From: the human T2T-CHM13v2.0 reference genome, Homo sapiens | NCBI RefSeq assembly: GCF_009914755.1 | Contig: NC_060931.1 | DNA: 64,000 nt | Strand: one strand, 5' to 3' | In this document: piece after piece, positions 40,266 through 59,668 of the stretch | Layout: each line of letters starts with the position of its first letter | Position numbering within the stretch: position 1 is the first letter of the stretch | Notes under the pieces: generated by a model | Seen by the model: only the letters and a program-made list of their open reading frames with translations | Told to the model about the DNA's origin: nothing | Database searches by the model: none | Program-made: the position numbers and the translations under genes

Positions 40266-40560
40266 GGCCAGGCACAATGATTACTGCCTGTAATTCCAGC
40301 ACTTTTGGAGGCCTAGCAGGTGAATCTCTTAGGCCCAGAAGTTTGAGACCAGCCTGGGCAACATAGTGAAACCATGTCTCTACAAAAAAATAAAAATTAG
40401 CTGGGCACTGTGGTGTGCGTTTATAGTCCCAGCTACTTGGGAGCCTGAGGTGGGAGGATCACTTTAGCCCGGCAGGTCCAGGCTGCAGTGAGCCGTGATC
40501 GTGCCACTGCACTCATGGCACCTTATTTGAGACTGTCTCAAAAAAAGAAAAAAAGAAAAA
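40266..40560 (+). mobile_element. AluJ
   Basis: AGGCTGCAGTGAGCCGTGATC (J diagnostic); TSD AAGAACACAGTA(T/C)A at 40252-40265 and 40561-40574. Confidence 0.88.
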
Positions 40561-40740
40561 AAGAACACAGTACATAATACATATAACACACAAAATAAAT
40601 GTTAATTGGTTAACGTTATCGGTAAGTCTTCTGGTCAATAGTAATCTATTAGTAGTTAAGTTTTGGGAGAGTCAAGAGCTATATGCTGTTTCTTGACTGC
40701 ATGGAGGATCAGAGCCCTTAACCCTCCAGTTGTTCAAGGT

Positions 40741-41186
40741 TATGATGCTTAATATTGAGTGTCAACTTGATTGGACTGAAGGATGCAAATTATTGGTGCT
40801 GGGTTTATCTGTGAGGGTATTGTCAGAGGAGATTAACATTTGAGTCAGTGGACCGGGAAAGGGAGACCCACCCTCAATCTGCAAGGGCACAATCTAATCA
40901 GCTGCCTGCGCAGCCAGAATAAAAAGCAGGCAGAAGAATGTGGAGAGATCAGAGTGGCTTAGCCTCTGAGCCTACATCTTTCTCCCGAGCTGGATGCTTC
41001 CTGCCCTTCAACATCGTACTTTAAGTTCTTCAGCTTTGGGACTTGGAATGGCTTCCTTTCTTTTCAGCTTGCAGATAGCCTATTGTGGGACCTCATCTTG
41101 TGATTGTGTGAGTTAATACTCCTTAATAAACTGCCCTTTATATGTGTCCTATTAATTCTTCCCAGTAGAGAGCCCTGACTAATACA
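40741..41186 (+). mobile_element. MLT2A (HERVL) solo LTR
   Basis: GAGTGTCAACTTGATTGG..GAAGGATGCAAA start, CCCTGACTAATACA end; perfect TSD AAGGT at 40736-40740 and 41187-41191. Confidence 0.88.
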
Positions 41187-42253
41187 AAGGTCAACTGTAT
41201 ATGTTGCCTTTATTTTAAACTGTATAATTACTCATTGGCTTTGACTCACCAATGTGGTCACTTCCACTATCATGGTCATTTCCATCTTCAACCATTCTCA
41301 GTATTACTAGGCCAAGAGAATAAACTCATGTAAATACATTTTAAAGAAAATTAAATAAATTTCTACTGCAAATAATTAACTGGAGTAGACAACTTGATTT
41401 CATTTAGAATTTATCTAAATCTTTTTATGCTCTTGGTTTGTGGTTGACTGTATATTTTCACGACTCAGAGCCAAAACCAAACCAAAGCATGATCTGGTAA
41501 AGAGTTCTTAGAGCTATGAGTCAGCCAGCCTGGGTTACAGTTTTAGCTGTATCATTACCTAACTGTGAATTTAGATAATCCTTGAAATTTCCTGGTTCTC
41601 AGTTTCCTTCTCTTTAGTGTGAAGTGGTTGGACTGGGTTATCTGAGATTTCCTGGAAGCTCTGTGATTGAAAAAAATTCTAAACAGAATTGAGAAAAAGT
41701 GGTCTCATTTCAGTAAATTTCCATTCCCAACTTTGCCTTATTCCCTTCTGAGGTGCTAGATACATTTATACTGCCCAAAACCTATATGACATGTTACTTA
41801 CTGCCTGACTCCTGACAAGTTTGCACTGGTGACCTCTGAGCCTAGGCGATTTCTGCTTTTTCTTGAAATAATCCAGACCACCAATAAATGCAACCAGAGA
41901 TTAAAGTAATATCCAAATACCTAAGATTTCTTATGTCATCTCCTTGTTGTCTCCTTCAGTTAACTCCAGTGTTCTGCAATAATATTAGCAGAAATTCACC
42001 ATTTTCAATGATACTTTAAATTAGTATAATTTTTATAAAAAGTAACTTTATAATAAGAAACAAGAGGCTTTCCAATTTTTTCATAATCTTTAACCCAGAA
42101 ATTCAACATCTAGGACTTTGTTTTAGCAAGTATCAGGAGAGGTGCATAAATATATAAATACAGTGCTATTCCTCAACAAGCAAGAGTAGGAATTGAAAAC
42201 AACAGAATTATCCAAAATATGATATATGTTAAACAGTTATGACAGACTCTTAT

Positions 42254-42620
42254 TGTCTTAGTGTGTTAGGGCTGCTAAGAAAAAATGTCATAAACCGGGT
42301 GGCTTATAAACAACATAAATTTATTTCTCACAGTTCTGGAGACTGGGGAGGCCAGGATCAAGGCATCAACAGATTTCACATCTGGTGAGGGCCTGTTTCC
42401 TGGTTCATAGACGGCATATTCACCCTGTGTCTTAAAATGGTGAAAGAGGCAAACTCCCTCAGGCCTTTTATATATATACAGACTCTAATCTTACTTATGA
42501 GGGCTCCACTTTCATGACCTAATTGTTCCTCAAAAGGCCCCACCTCCTAATACCATTGCCTTGAGGGTAAGGATTTCAACATATAAATTTTGCGGGAATA
42601 CAGACATTTAAACCATAGCT
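42254..42620 (-). mobile_element. MLT1A0-like MaLR solo LTR
   Basis: TGTCTTAGT..GGGCTGCTA...TTTATTTCTCACAGTTCTGGAG...AGACATTTAAACCATAGC. Confidence 0.8.
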
Positions 42621-43185
42621 CTGGGCTAAGATAGGATTTATTTTTCTATTCTTGGATGGTTTGTCTAAGATAGGCATTATCTCTTGATATTTGGTACAAC
42701 ACAGCAGTGAAAATGTGAGGAGCTTTTGTGTTTGTATTTGGTTTTGTTTATGTTCTTGAAGTTAGTTTTCTTGTTTTTGTGGGTAGATTTGTGTGTGTGT
42801 GTGTAGCTAGATTTGTTAATATAAACTTTTTATTTTGTGATAGGTGTAGATTCATCTGTACTTGTAAGAAATAATACAAAAAGATACCATGTACTCAGTT
42901 TCCCCAGTGGTAACATCTTGCAAACTATAGTACAATATCACAACCAGGATATTGACATGGATACAATCAAGACACAAAACAATTCTATCATGGCAAGGAT
43001 CCCTCATGTTTCTCCTTTATAGCCATACCCACTTCACTCTGATACCACAGGCTCCTTAATACCTGACAACCACTAACCTTTTTTTCATTTCCACAATTTT
43101 GTCATTTCAAGATTGCTATATAAGTAGATTCATGTAGTATATAAATTAAGGGGATTGGCTTTTTCACTCCATGTACTGCTCTTGA

Positions 43186-43535
<350 letters not shown>

Positions 43536-44429
43536 CCATCATATGTTCCTTTCTATTGCTGAGTAGTATCCCATGATATGGACGTACACTGGTTTAACTG
43601 TTGAAGGATATCTGGGTTGTTTCCAGTTTGGGGCTATTATGAACAAAACTACTATAAACATTCATTTACAGATTGTTGTGTGAATACAAAGTTTCATTAA
43701 TCTGGGATTAAAGCTCAGGAGTGCAATTATTGGGTCAATATGTTAGTTGTATATTTCAGATTTTTTTTAAGGAATTGCCAAATTGTTTTCCAGAGTAACT
43801 ATATCATTTTATATTTTAATCAGCAATATAGAAGTTACCCAGTTTCTACACATCCCTGCAAATATTTAGTACTGTCACTATTCTTTGTTTTATCTATTCT
43901 GATGGATATGTAGTGATATCTCATTCTGGTTTTAATTTGCATTTTTCTTATAGATAATAATGCTGAACATATATTCATATGCTTATTTGCAATCTGAATG
44001 TTCTCTTGGTTAAATGTTTCTTCATAGAATTTGCCCATTTTTCTAATTGGATTTCTTTACCATTAACTTTTTAAAGTTCTTTATTCTAGATATAAGTCCT
44101 TTGCAGAATATGCATGTAGTTTTAAAATATTCTTGTCCACCTGTAACTTGTCATTCTGTTCTTTTAACAGGTTCTTTTGCAGAGTAAACATTTTTATTTA
44201 ATGAAGCCAAATTTATCAGTTTTTTCTTTAATGATTGGTGCTTTTGGTGTCAAGTCTAAGAACTCACAGCCTAGCCATATATCTCAAATATTTTTCTCAC
44301 ATTTTTTTCCTCAAAATTGTATAGTGCTACAATTTACATTTGTCTGTAATCTATTTTGAATTAATGTTTGTATAAGCAAGTGAGACTTATGTTGCAGTTC
44401 ATTTTTTTACCTATGTATTTCTAATATAT

Positions 44430-45185
44430 ATTGTATTGTATAATAAGGAATTTGGCTAGCTTTGTCCCTGGTTTCTGAAAGATGCTCTCTAAACATTCAG
44501 AATTTTCAGAATGATAAGAGTCTGTTATTCATGGTGGGCCCTAATAGTTTATGCTAGTAAGGTGACTCGTGGGCTCCTAGATAGTTTCAGAATGAAAACT
44601 GATCATGCTGGAAATACCAATCTGCAATTAGGGAATTGAGGCTTTGAGCGATGTGATACTAGTCTGTCCTTTCAAACTCCAAGGAAGGAGGGGGACTGGA
44701 GATTGACTTCAATCATGTGGTCAATGATTCAATCAATCATGAATCAATTGATTCATCAATCAATTATTGAGGAAAAACTCTAGACACCCAAAGCTCCATG
44801 AGCACCGTGGTTGGTGATACACATCCATGTGCCAGGAGGAGTGACATCCCAAGGGCACTGAAGCTTCACATATGGGACTCTCCTAAACCTTGCCCTATTT
44901 GTCTCTTTATTTGACTTGTCCTGATTTATATCCTTTAGAATAAAACTCTAATAAAAATATTGCACTTGCCTGAGTTCTGTGATTTGTTCTAGCAAATTAC
45001 CAAACCTGAGGAGTTAATGGGCACCCCTGAATGGATTTGCAGCCATTTGGTCAGAATTGCAGGTAGCCTAGGAGCCCTGGATTTTGTTGCTGATATCTGA
45101 AGTGAGGGGAGTTTTGTGGAGGACTGTGACACTATCTCTTTGATTTGACCTGAATTTGGGTAGTGTCAGGATTGCATTGCAAATT
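44430..45185 (+). mobile_element. MER21-like LTR
   Basis: TATAATAAGGAATTTGG..TTTGTCCCTGGTTTCTG...CTGAGTTCTGTGA...AGCAAATTA...CTGAAGTGAGGG, matching recalled MER21B/C. Confidence 0.65.
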
Positions 45186-48100
45186 GCTATGGCACCATTT
45201 TTTGAAAAAAGTATCTTTTCTTCATTGAATAGCTTTTGCACTTTTGTCAAAAATAAGTTGAGCATATTTGTATAGGTCTAGTTTTGGATTCTCTGTTCCA
45301 TTGCATTGATTCATGTGTTTCTTCCTTCACCAATACCACACAATCTTGTTTGCTATAGCTATGTAAGCATTGAAATACTCCCACTTTATTCTATTTTTCA
45401 AAATTGCTTTAGCTAATTCATTTGCCTTTGCATAATAATTTTAGAATAATCTCGTCTATATTTACACAAAAAATCTTGCTGGGATTTTTATAAGAATTGC
45501 ATTAAACATAAATATCAATTTGGGGAGAATTGACATCATTACGGTGTGGAGTCTTCCAATCCATAAACATGGTATAGCTCTCCATTTATTTATATCTTTA
45601 CTTAAATTTTCATCAGTGTTGTGTAGTTTTCAGCATACAATCCTAAATATATTTTGTTAGTTTTAGTTTTATACCTATTTCATTTTTTGAGCAATTGTAA
45701 GTGGTATTATATTATAAATTTTGGTGTTCACATGTTCATTGCAAGTAGTGAAAATATAATTGATTTTTGTATGCTATCTTACATCCTTTGCTGAACTTGA
45801 TGAACTCAGGTTTTTGTTGTTGTTTTGTTTTTGTTTTTATGAATTGTTTGTCTAGTGATTTTCTAGATTCCTTGGGATTTTCTACATGATTTTAATTATG
45901 TCATCTGAAAATAGGAACTATTTTATATCTTCCTTTCTAATCTGTGCGACTTTTATTTGCTTTTCTTGCCTTAATGCACAGAAATTCTACCACTATGTTG
46001 AATAATAGTAACGGGAGGGAACATCCTTGCTTGATTGTCTACCTTTGGAGGAAAGAGTCTTTCACTATTAAATACAATGTTAGCTGAAGGTTTTTCGTAG
46101 ATGCTCTTTATCAAGTTGAAGTTCCCCTCTAGTTCTAACTTCCTGAGAGTTTTTATCATGAATGGATGTTGGCTTTGGTCAAATGGTTTTTCTGCATGTG
46201 TTGATACGGTTACGGTAGTTTTCTTCTTTTAGTTTCTTAACATGGATTACATTGATTAATTTTTTAACATTAAACCAGTTTTGCATCCTCTCAGTAAACT
46301 CCTCTTGGTCAAGGTTATCATTTTTAGATATTGCTAAATCCCATTTGCTAGTACTTCTTGAGAATTTTTACTTGTATAACTTTCGAGATATATTGGCCTA
46401 TATTTCTTCTAATGTACTATGTTTGGTTTGATGTCAGGGTAATTCTAGCTTCCTGAAATGAATTGGGAATTGTTTCTTCCTCCTCTGTTTTCTGGAAGAA
46501 ATTGTACGTGGTTGTTACTGATTCTTTAAAATTTAGAAGAATTCTTTACTCTGGAGAACTCCAATCTGGGCTTGGAGATTTCTTTCAAGAGAGTATTTTA
46601 ATAACAAATTCTATTTCCTTAGTATTTACAGTGCTATTCAAATTATCTATTTCAAATTGAATGAATTGTGGTAGCTTATGATTTTTGAAGAATTAGTCAT
46701 TTTATCTAAATTGTCAAATTTATGTATGTAGAGTTGTTTTTGGTAGTCTCTTATTAAACTTTTAATGTCTTCAGTATCTGTAGTGATACTCCCTATTTCT
46801 TTTCTGATATTGGCATTTTGTGTCTTCTTTCTTTTTCACTCTTCTTCCAAGAGTTTTGTCAGTTTTATCAATCTTTTTAAATAGCAAGACTTTTTTATTT
46901 CATTGATATTCCCTGTTGTTTTTCTATTTTCAATGTCATTGATTCCTGCTCTTCATTTTATTCTTTTCCATCTGTTTGGGGTTCATTTTGCTCTTGTTTT
47001 TCTCGAGTCTTGAGGTGAAAATTCAGTTCATTGGTTTGAAACATTTTTCCTTTTCTAATGAATGCATTGTTGGCTATTTTTATTTGGGTTTATGTTGTTG
47101 TTGTTTTCTGTTTTCTTTTTCCTGTCTTCCTGCGGATTGTTTATACATTTTATTAGATTCCATTCTGATTCATTTATAGTGTTTTGGGGTGTGTATCTTC
47201 GCATAGGTTTTTTTAGTGGTTATTGTAGGTATTGGTAGATAGACATAGAGATACATATAGATAAGTTATACATAATCACAGACTACTAGTGTCCTCATTT
47301 TATCAGACTGAGTGAAGTGTAGAAATCTTACTTCCCTCTACATCTCTTTATTCTGTTCAATAATATAATTGTATTATATATTTCTTCTATATATTTAGAA
47401 CCACACATTATAGTTTTATTAAAATTTTTGCTTCAATAATCAATTTAGAAAGCCCAAGAGGAAAATGATAGTCTATTGTGTTGACCAATATTTTTGCTTA
47501 CAGTGTTTTTTTGCTTTTTCTGATGTTCCAAGTCTGCTTCTTCAGCACCAAATCTTGGATATATGAAGTAAAACTAAAACATGAAGAACTCACCACTTTG
47601 TCTTGACTTGGGTCCCAAAGTCTCTAGCTGACTTGCCCTCTTTTCTCTACCTTTAAGAGTGTTTTGTTTATTTGATGTGTAATGTCCAGGATCTTTAGCT
47701 GTACTTAGCCCGAGAAAAAAGGAAAAGTATATCTCCTTTTTCCTCCCAGAAGCTGAATTCCTCTATTTAGATTTTTAACAACCATTATAATTGTATTAAC
47801 AGTGCTGATATAACTATTTAGGTGATAGGTGGTAAACAGCATAAAGTCTAGAGTCAAATTAGGTCCAAATGTCAGATACGCTACTTGATTGCCTGTCAGA
47901 ATTAATCTTGGGTTAGTTTCTTAAGCTTTCTACCTCAATTGTATAATGTAAAGAAAATGACAATTTTAGGATCTACAACATAAGATTAGTGTGAGGGTCT
48001 TGAATGTAAACTTTTAGAAAATAGGCTGGATATAGGAAGTGCCCAGTAAATTTTACTACTATTTTAGCTATTCTTACAATTATTAATTTAATGAAATTCA

Positions 48101-48695
48101 TTTATTGCATATTATATGATCAATTTTTATAAGTGTAACATTTTTGCTTAGGAAAAAAGTTGTGCTTTCTGATTGTTGGATCCATGGTTCTGTGTATGTC
48201 TACTGTATTACACTTGCTAATTTTGTTGCTGAAATCTGTTGCATAATTTTATTCTGTTAATTTAATGGTTACAGACAGAAACATGTTAAATTTTCCCATT
48301 ATGCTAGTGATTTGCTTTTTGTAATTATTTTGGTTTTTATTTATAAGTTTTACAACTATGTTACTGTATGAACAGTACAAAAGACTTTAAAATTATGCAT
48401 TGGCTATGTTTCCCCTAATATAACTTTTTGCCTTAAAGCAGTTCTCTACCACCTCTCCACTGAAAATGACTGGTATAGTTTTGTATCCTTTTTTTTCACT
48501 TAGATTTTTAGATATATAACATAAACAGTTTCTGGGAAACATTATTTTAACAACTATGTCAATTTTCATTGTTCAGATTTACCATATTATTTGAAATTCC
48601 CCAATTGCTAAACATTAGCGTCATTCGTATTTTTTATCTTATATTTTATTATATATCATGCTGATATTTTAGTATTACCTGTAAATGATATGGCT

Positions 48696-48917
48696 CAGAG
48701 GCCAAGAAAACTTTTCTCTAAAAAGACAGATAGGAAATATTATAGGCTTTATAGGCTACATGGTCTCTGTTGAAGCTGTCCAATTCTACCATTGTAGCAC
48801 AAAAGCTGCAGGGGAACTTCATAAATGAGTGAGCATGACTATGTTAAAATAAAATCTTATTTATAAATACAGGCAATGAGTCAGATTTTTCCCATAGGCT
48901 AATGATTATGACTCCTG
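48696..48917 (+). mobile_element. MER58A (hAT-Charlie MITE)
   Basis: AAACTTTTCTCTAAAAAGACAGATAG...GGTCTCTGTTG...TTGTAGCACAAAAGC...AATAAAATCTTATTTATAAA. Confidence 0.7.
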
Positions 48918-49080
48918 ATACACCTGTCTACTAAGTCATCTAAACATAATTAAAACAAAATATATAGTGCAGCAAAATTTAAATTCAAACTATATTAATA
49001 TCAGTGCATTCTTTGATACTTTACATTTTTCCCACAGTTACTGACTTTGAATTCTTTATCCAATTTTGTATATGACATAC

Positions 49081-52844
<3,764 letters not shown>

Positions 52845-53287
52845 CATACATTTGGGTTATATTTTTTGGTCCACTCTGAAAAATCTGTCTTTTAACTGGC
52901 ACATTTAGAATACTGATGTTCAAAGCAATTCTTGATGTAGTTGGATTAATATGTATCATATTTTTTACTGTTTTCTATTTGCTTCCCTTGTTCTTTGTTT
53001 CTGTTTGGGTCCTCTGCTCTTTTTCTGCTTCCTGAGGTTTCAATTGAGCATTTTGTGATTCCATTTTTTCTTCTTTTTATCTATCAGTTATACTTTATCT
53101 TTTTACTGATTGCCCGAGAGTTTGCAATACATTTACAGCTAACCCATGTTCACATTAAATATATCACTATACCTCTTAATAGGTAGTGTAAGTAGCTGTT
53201 AATAAAAAATAATTCTAATTCCTCCCTACCATCCCTTATATCTTTGCTGTCCATCTATTTGACTTGTATATAGGCATTCATAAGCAG

Positions 53288-53321
<34 letters not shown>

Positions 53322-53616
53322 AGTCATATATATGGGCATACATAAGCACATACATTGTTACTATTTCAAGAAAATTGTTATCTGCCAGATCAATTAAGAA
53401 TAAGAAAAATCAAATATTTTGTTTTACCTTCATTTATTCCTTTTCCAATGTTCATTCTCTGTTTATATAGATCTGAGTTTTTTATCGATATCACTTTCCT
53501 TCCCTCTGAAGAACTTTAACCATTTTATACGACATGTCTACTGGCAACAAAATCCCTCAATTTTTGTTTGTCTGAGAAAGTCTTCATTTCTCTGTCACTT
53601 TGAAAAATAAAATTTC

Positions 53617-54522
53617 GGAGAAGGAGCCAAGATGGCCGAATAGGAAAAGCTCCAGTCTACAGCTCCCAGCGTGAGCGACGCAGAAGATGGTGATTTCTGC
53701 ATTTCCATCTGAGGTACCGGGTTCACCTCACTAGGGAGTGCCAGACAGTGGGCGCAGATCAGTGGGTGCGCACACCGTGCGCGAGCCGAAGTAGGGTGAG
53801 GCATTGCCTCACTTGGGAAGCGCAAGGGGTCAGGGAGTTCCCTTTCCGAGTCAAAGAAAGGGGTGACGGACGGCACCTGGAAAATCGGGTCGCTCCCACC
53901 CGAATACTGCGCTTTTCTGACGGGCTTGAAAAATGGCGAACCACGAGATTATATCCCGCACCTGGCTCGGAGGGTCCTACGCCCACGGAGTCTCGCTGAT
54001 TGCTAGCACAGCAGTCTGAGATCAAACCGCAAGGCGGAAGCGAGGCTGGGGGAGGGGCGCCCGCCATTGCGCAGGCTTTCTTAGGTAAACAAAGCAGCCT
54101 GAAAGCTCCAACTGGGCGGAGCCCACCACAGCTCACGGAGGCCTGCCTGCCTCTGTAGGCTCCACCTCTGGGGGCAGGGCACAGACAAACAAAAAGACAG
54201 CAGTAACCTCTGCAGACTTAAATGTCCCTGTCTGACAGCTTTGAAGAGAGCAGTGGTTCTCCCACCACACAGCTGGAGATCTGAGAACGGGCAGACTGCC
54301 TCCTCAAGTGGGTCCCTGACCCCTGACCCCCTAGCAGCCTAACTGGGAGGCATCCCCCAGCAGGGGCACAGTGACACCTCACACGGCAGGGTATTCCAAC
54401 AGACCTGCAGCTGAGGGTCCTGTCTGTTACAAGGAAAACTAACAAACAGAAAGGACATCCACACCAAAAACCCCTCTCTACATCACCATCATCAAAGACC
54501 AAAAGTAGATAAAACCACAAAG
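53617..54522 (+). promoter_or_regulatory. L1 5'UTR internal sense and antisense promoter; CpG-rich, YY1 site intact
   Basis: YY1 CAAGATGGCC at 53628-53637; SOX-type AACAAA sites at ~54088 and ~54188; length fits loss of the 129-bp ZNF93-binding segment. Confidence 0.85.
53759..54067 (-). CDS. L1 ORF0 (antisense), open for 102 codons
   Basis: MAGAPPPASLPPCGLISDCCASNQRDSVGVGPSEPG... within ORF-track entry 53759-54136; ATG at 54067. Confidence 0.7.
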   Translation of the reverse strand: MAGAPPPASLPPCGLISDCCASNQRDSVGVGPSEPGAGYNLVVRHFSSPSEKRSIRVGATRFSRCRPSPLSLTRKGNSLTPCASQVRQCLTLLRLAHGVRTH

Positions 54523-55539
54523 ATGGGGAAAAAACAGAACAGAAAAACTGGAAACTCTAAAAAGCAGAGCGCCTCTCCTCCTCCAAAGGAAAGCAGTTCC
54601 TCAACAGCAATGGAACAAAGCTGGATGGAGAATGACTTTGACGAGCTGAGAGAAGAAGGCTTCAGAGGATCAAATTACTCTGAGCTATGGGAGGACATTC
54701 AAACCAAAGGCAAAGAAGTTGAAAACTTTGAAAAAAATTTAGAAGAATGTATAACTAGAATAACCAATACAGAGAAGTGCTTAAAGGAGCTGATGGAGCT
54801 GAAAACCAAGGCTCAAGAACTACGTGAAGAATGCAGAAGCCTCAGGAGCCGATGCGATCAACTGGAAGAAAGGGTATCAGCGATGGAAGATGAAATGAAT
54901 GAAATGAAACGAGAAGGGAAGTTTAGAGAAAAAAGATTAAAAAGAAATGAGCAAAGCCTCCAAGAAATATGGGACTATGTGAAAAGACCAAATCTACGTC
55001 TGATTGGTGTACCTGAAAGTGATGGGGAGAATGGAACCAAGTTGGAAAACACTCTGCAGGATATTATCCAGGAGAACTTCCCCAATCTAGCAAGGCAGGC
55101 CAACCTTCAGATTCAGGAAATACAGAGAACGCCACAAAGATACTCCTCTAGAAGAGCAACTCCAAGACACATAATTGTCAGATTCACCAAAGTTGAAATG
55201 AAGGAAAAAATGTTAAGGGCAGCCAGAGAGAAAGGTCGGGTTACCCTCAAAGGGAAGCCCATCAGACTAACAGCGGATCTCTCGGCAGAAACCCTACAAG
55301 CCAGAAGAGAGTGGGGGCCAATATTCAACATTCTTAAAGAAAAGAATTTTCAACCCAGAATTTCATATCCAGCCAAACTAAGCTTCATAAGCAAAGGAGA
55401 AATAAAATACTTTACAGATAAGCAAATGCTGAGAGATTTTGTCACCACCAGGCCTGCCGTACAAGAGCTCCTGAAGGAAGCGCTAAACATGGAAAGGAAC
55501 AACCGGTACCAGCCGGTGCAAAATCATGCCAAAATTTAA
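54523..55539 (+). CDS. LINE-1 ORF1p (RNA-binding chaperone), intact, 338 aa
   Basis: Full-length ORF1p with coiled coil, RRM and CTD; REKG, ARR and YPAKLS motifs intact. Confidence 0.95.
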   Translation: MGKKQNRKTGNSKKQSASPPPKESSSSTAMEQSWMENDFDELREEGFRGSNYSELWEDIQTKGKEVENFEKNLEECITRITNTEKCLKELMELKTKAQELREECRSLRSRCDQLEERVSAMEDEMNEMKREGKFREKRLKRNEQSLQEIWDYVKRPNLRLIGVPESDGENGTKLENTLQDIIQENFPNLARQANLQIQEIQRTPQRYSSRRATPRHIIVRFTKVEMKEKMLRAAREKGRVTLKGKPIRLTADLSAETLQARREWGPIFNILKEKNFQPRISYPAKLSFISKGEIKYFTDKQMLRDFVTTRPAVQELLKEALNMERNNRYQPVQNHAKI

Positions 55540-55575
55540 AGACCATCCAGACTAGGAAGAAACTGCATCAACTAA

Positions 55576-59433
<3,858 letters not shown>

Positions 59434-59634
59434 ACAATGAAATCACATGGACACAGGAAGGGGAATATCACACTCTGGGGACAGTTGTGGGGTGGGGCGT
59501 GGGGGGAGGGATAGCATTGGGAGATATACCTAATGCTAGATGACGAGTTGGTGGGTACAGCGCACCAGCATGGCATATGTATACATATGTAACTAACCTG
59601 CACAATGTGCACATGTACCCTAAAACTTTAATAA

Positions 59635-59668
<34 letters not shown>

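Larger units (their letters stand above)
39956..41197 (+). mobile_element. Tigger2a, interrupted by an AluJ and an MLT2A LTR
   Basis: Left TIR TAGTTGGCCCTGGAAC..; right TIR TGTTCAAGGT/CAACTG split by the LTR; TA TSDs. Confidence 0.85.
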
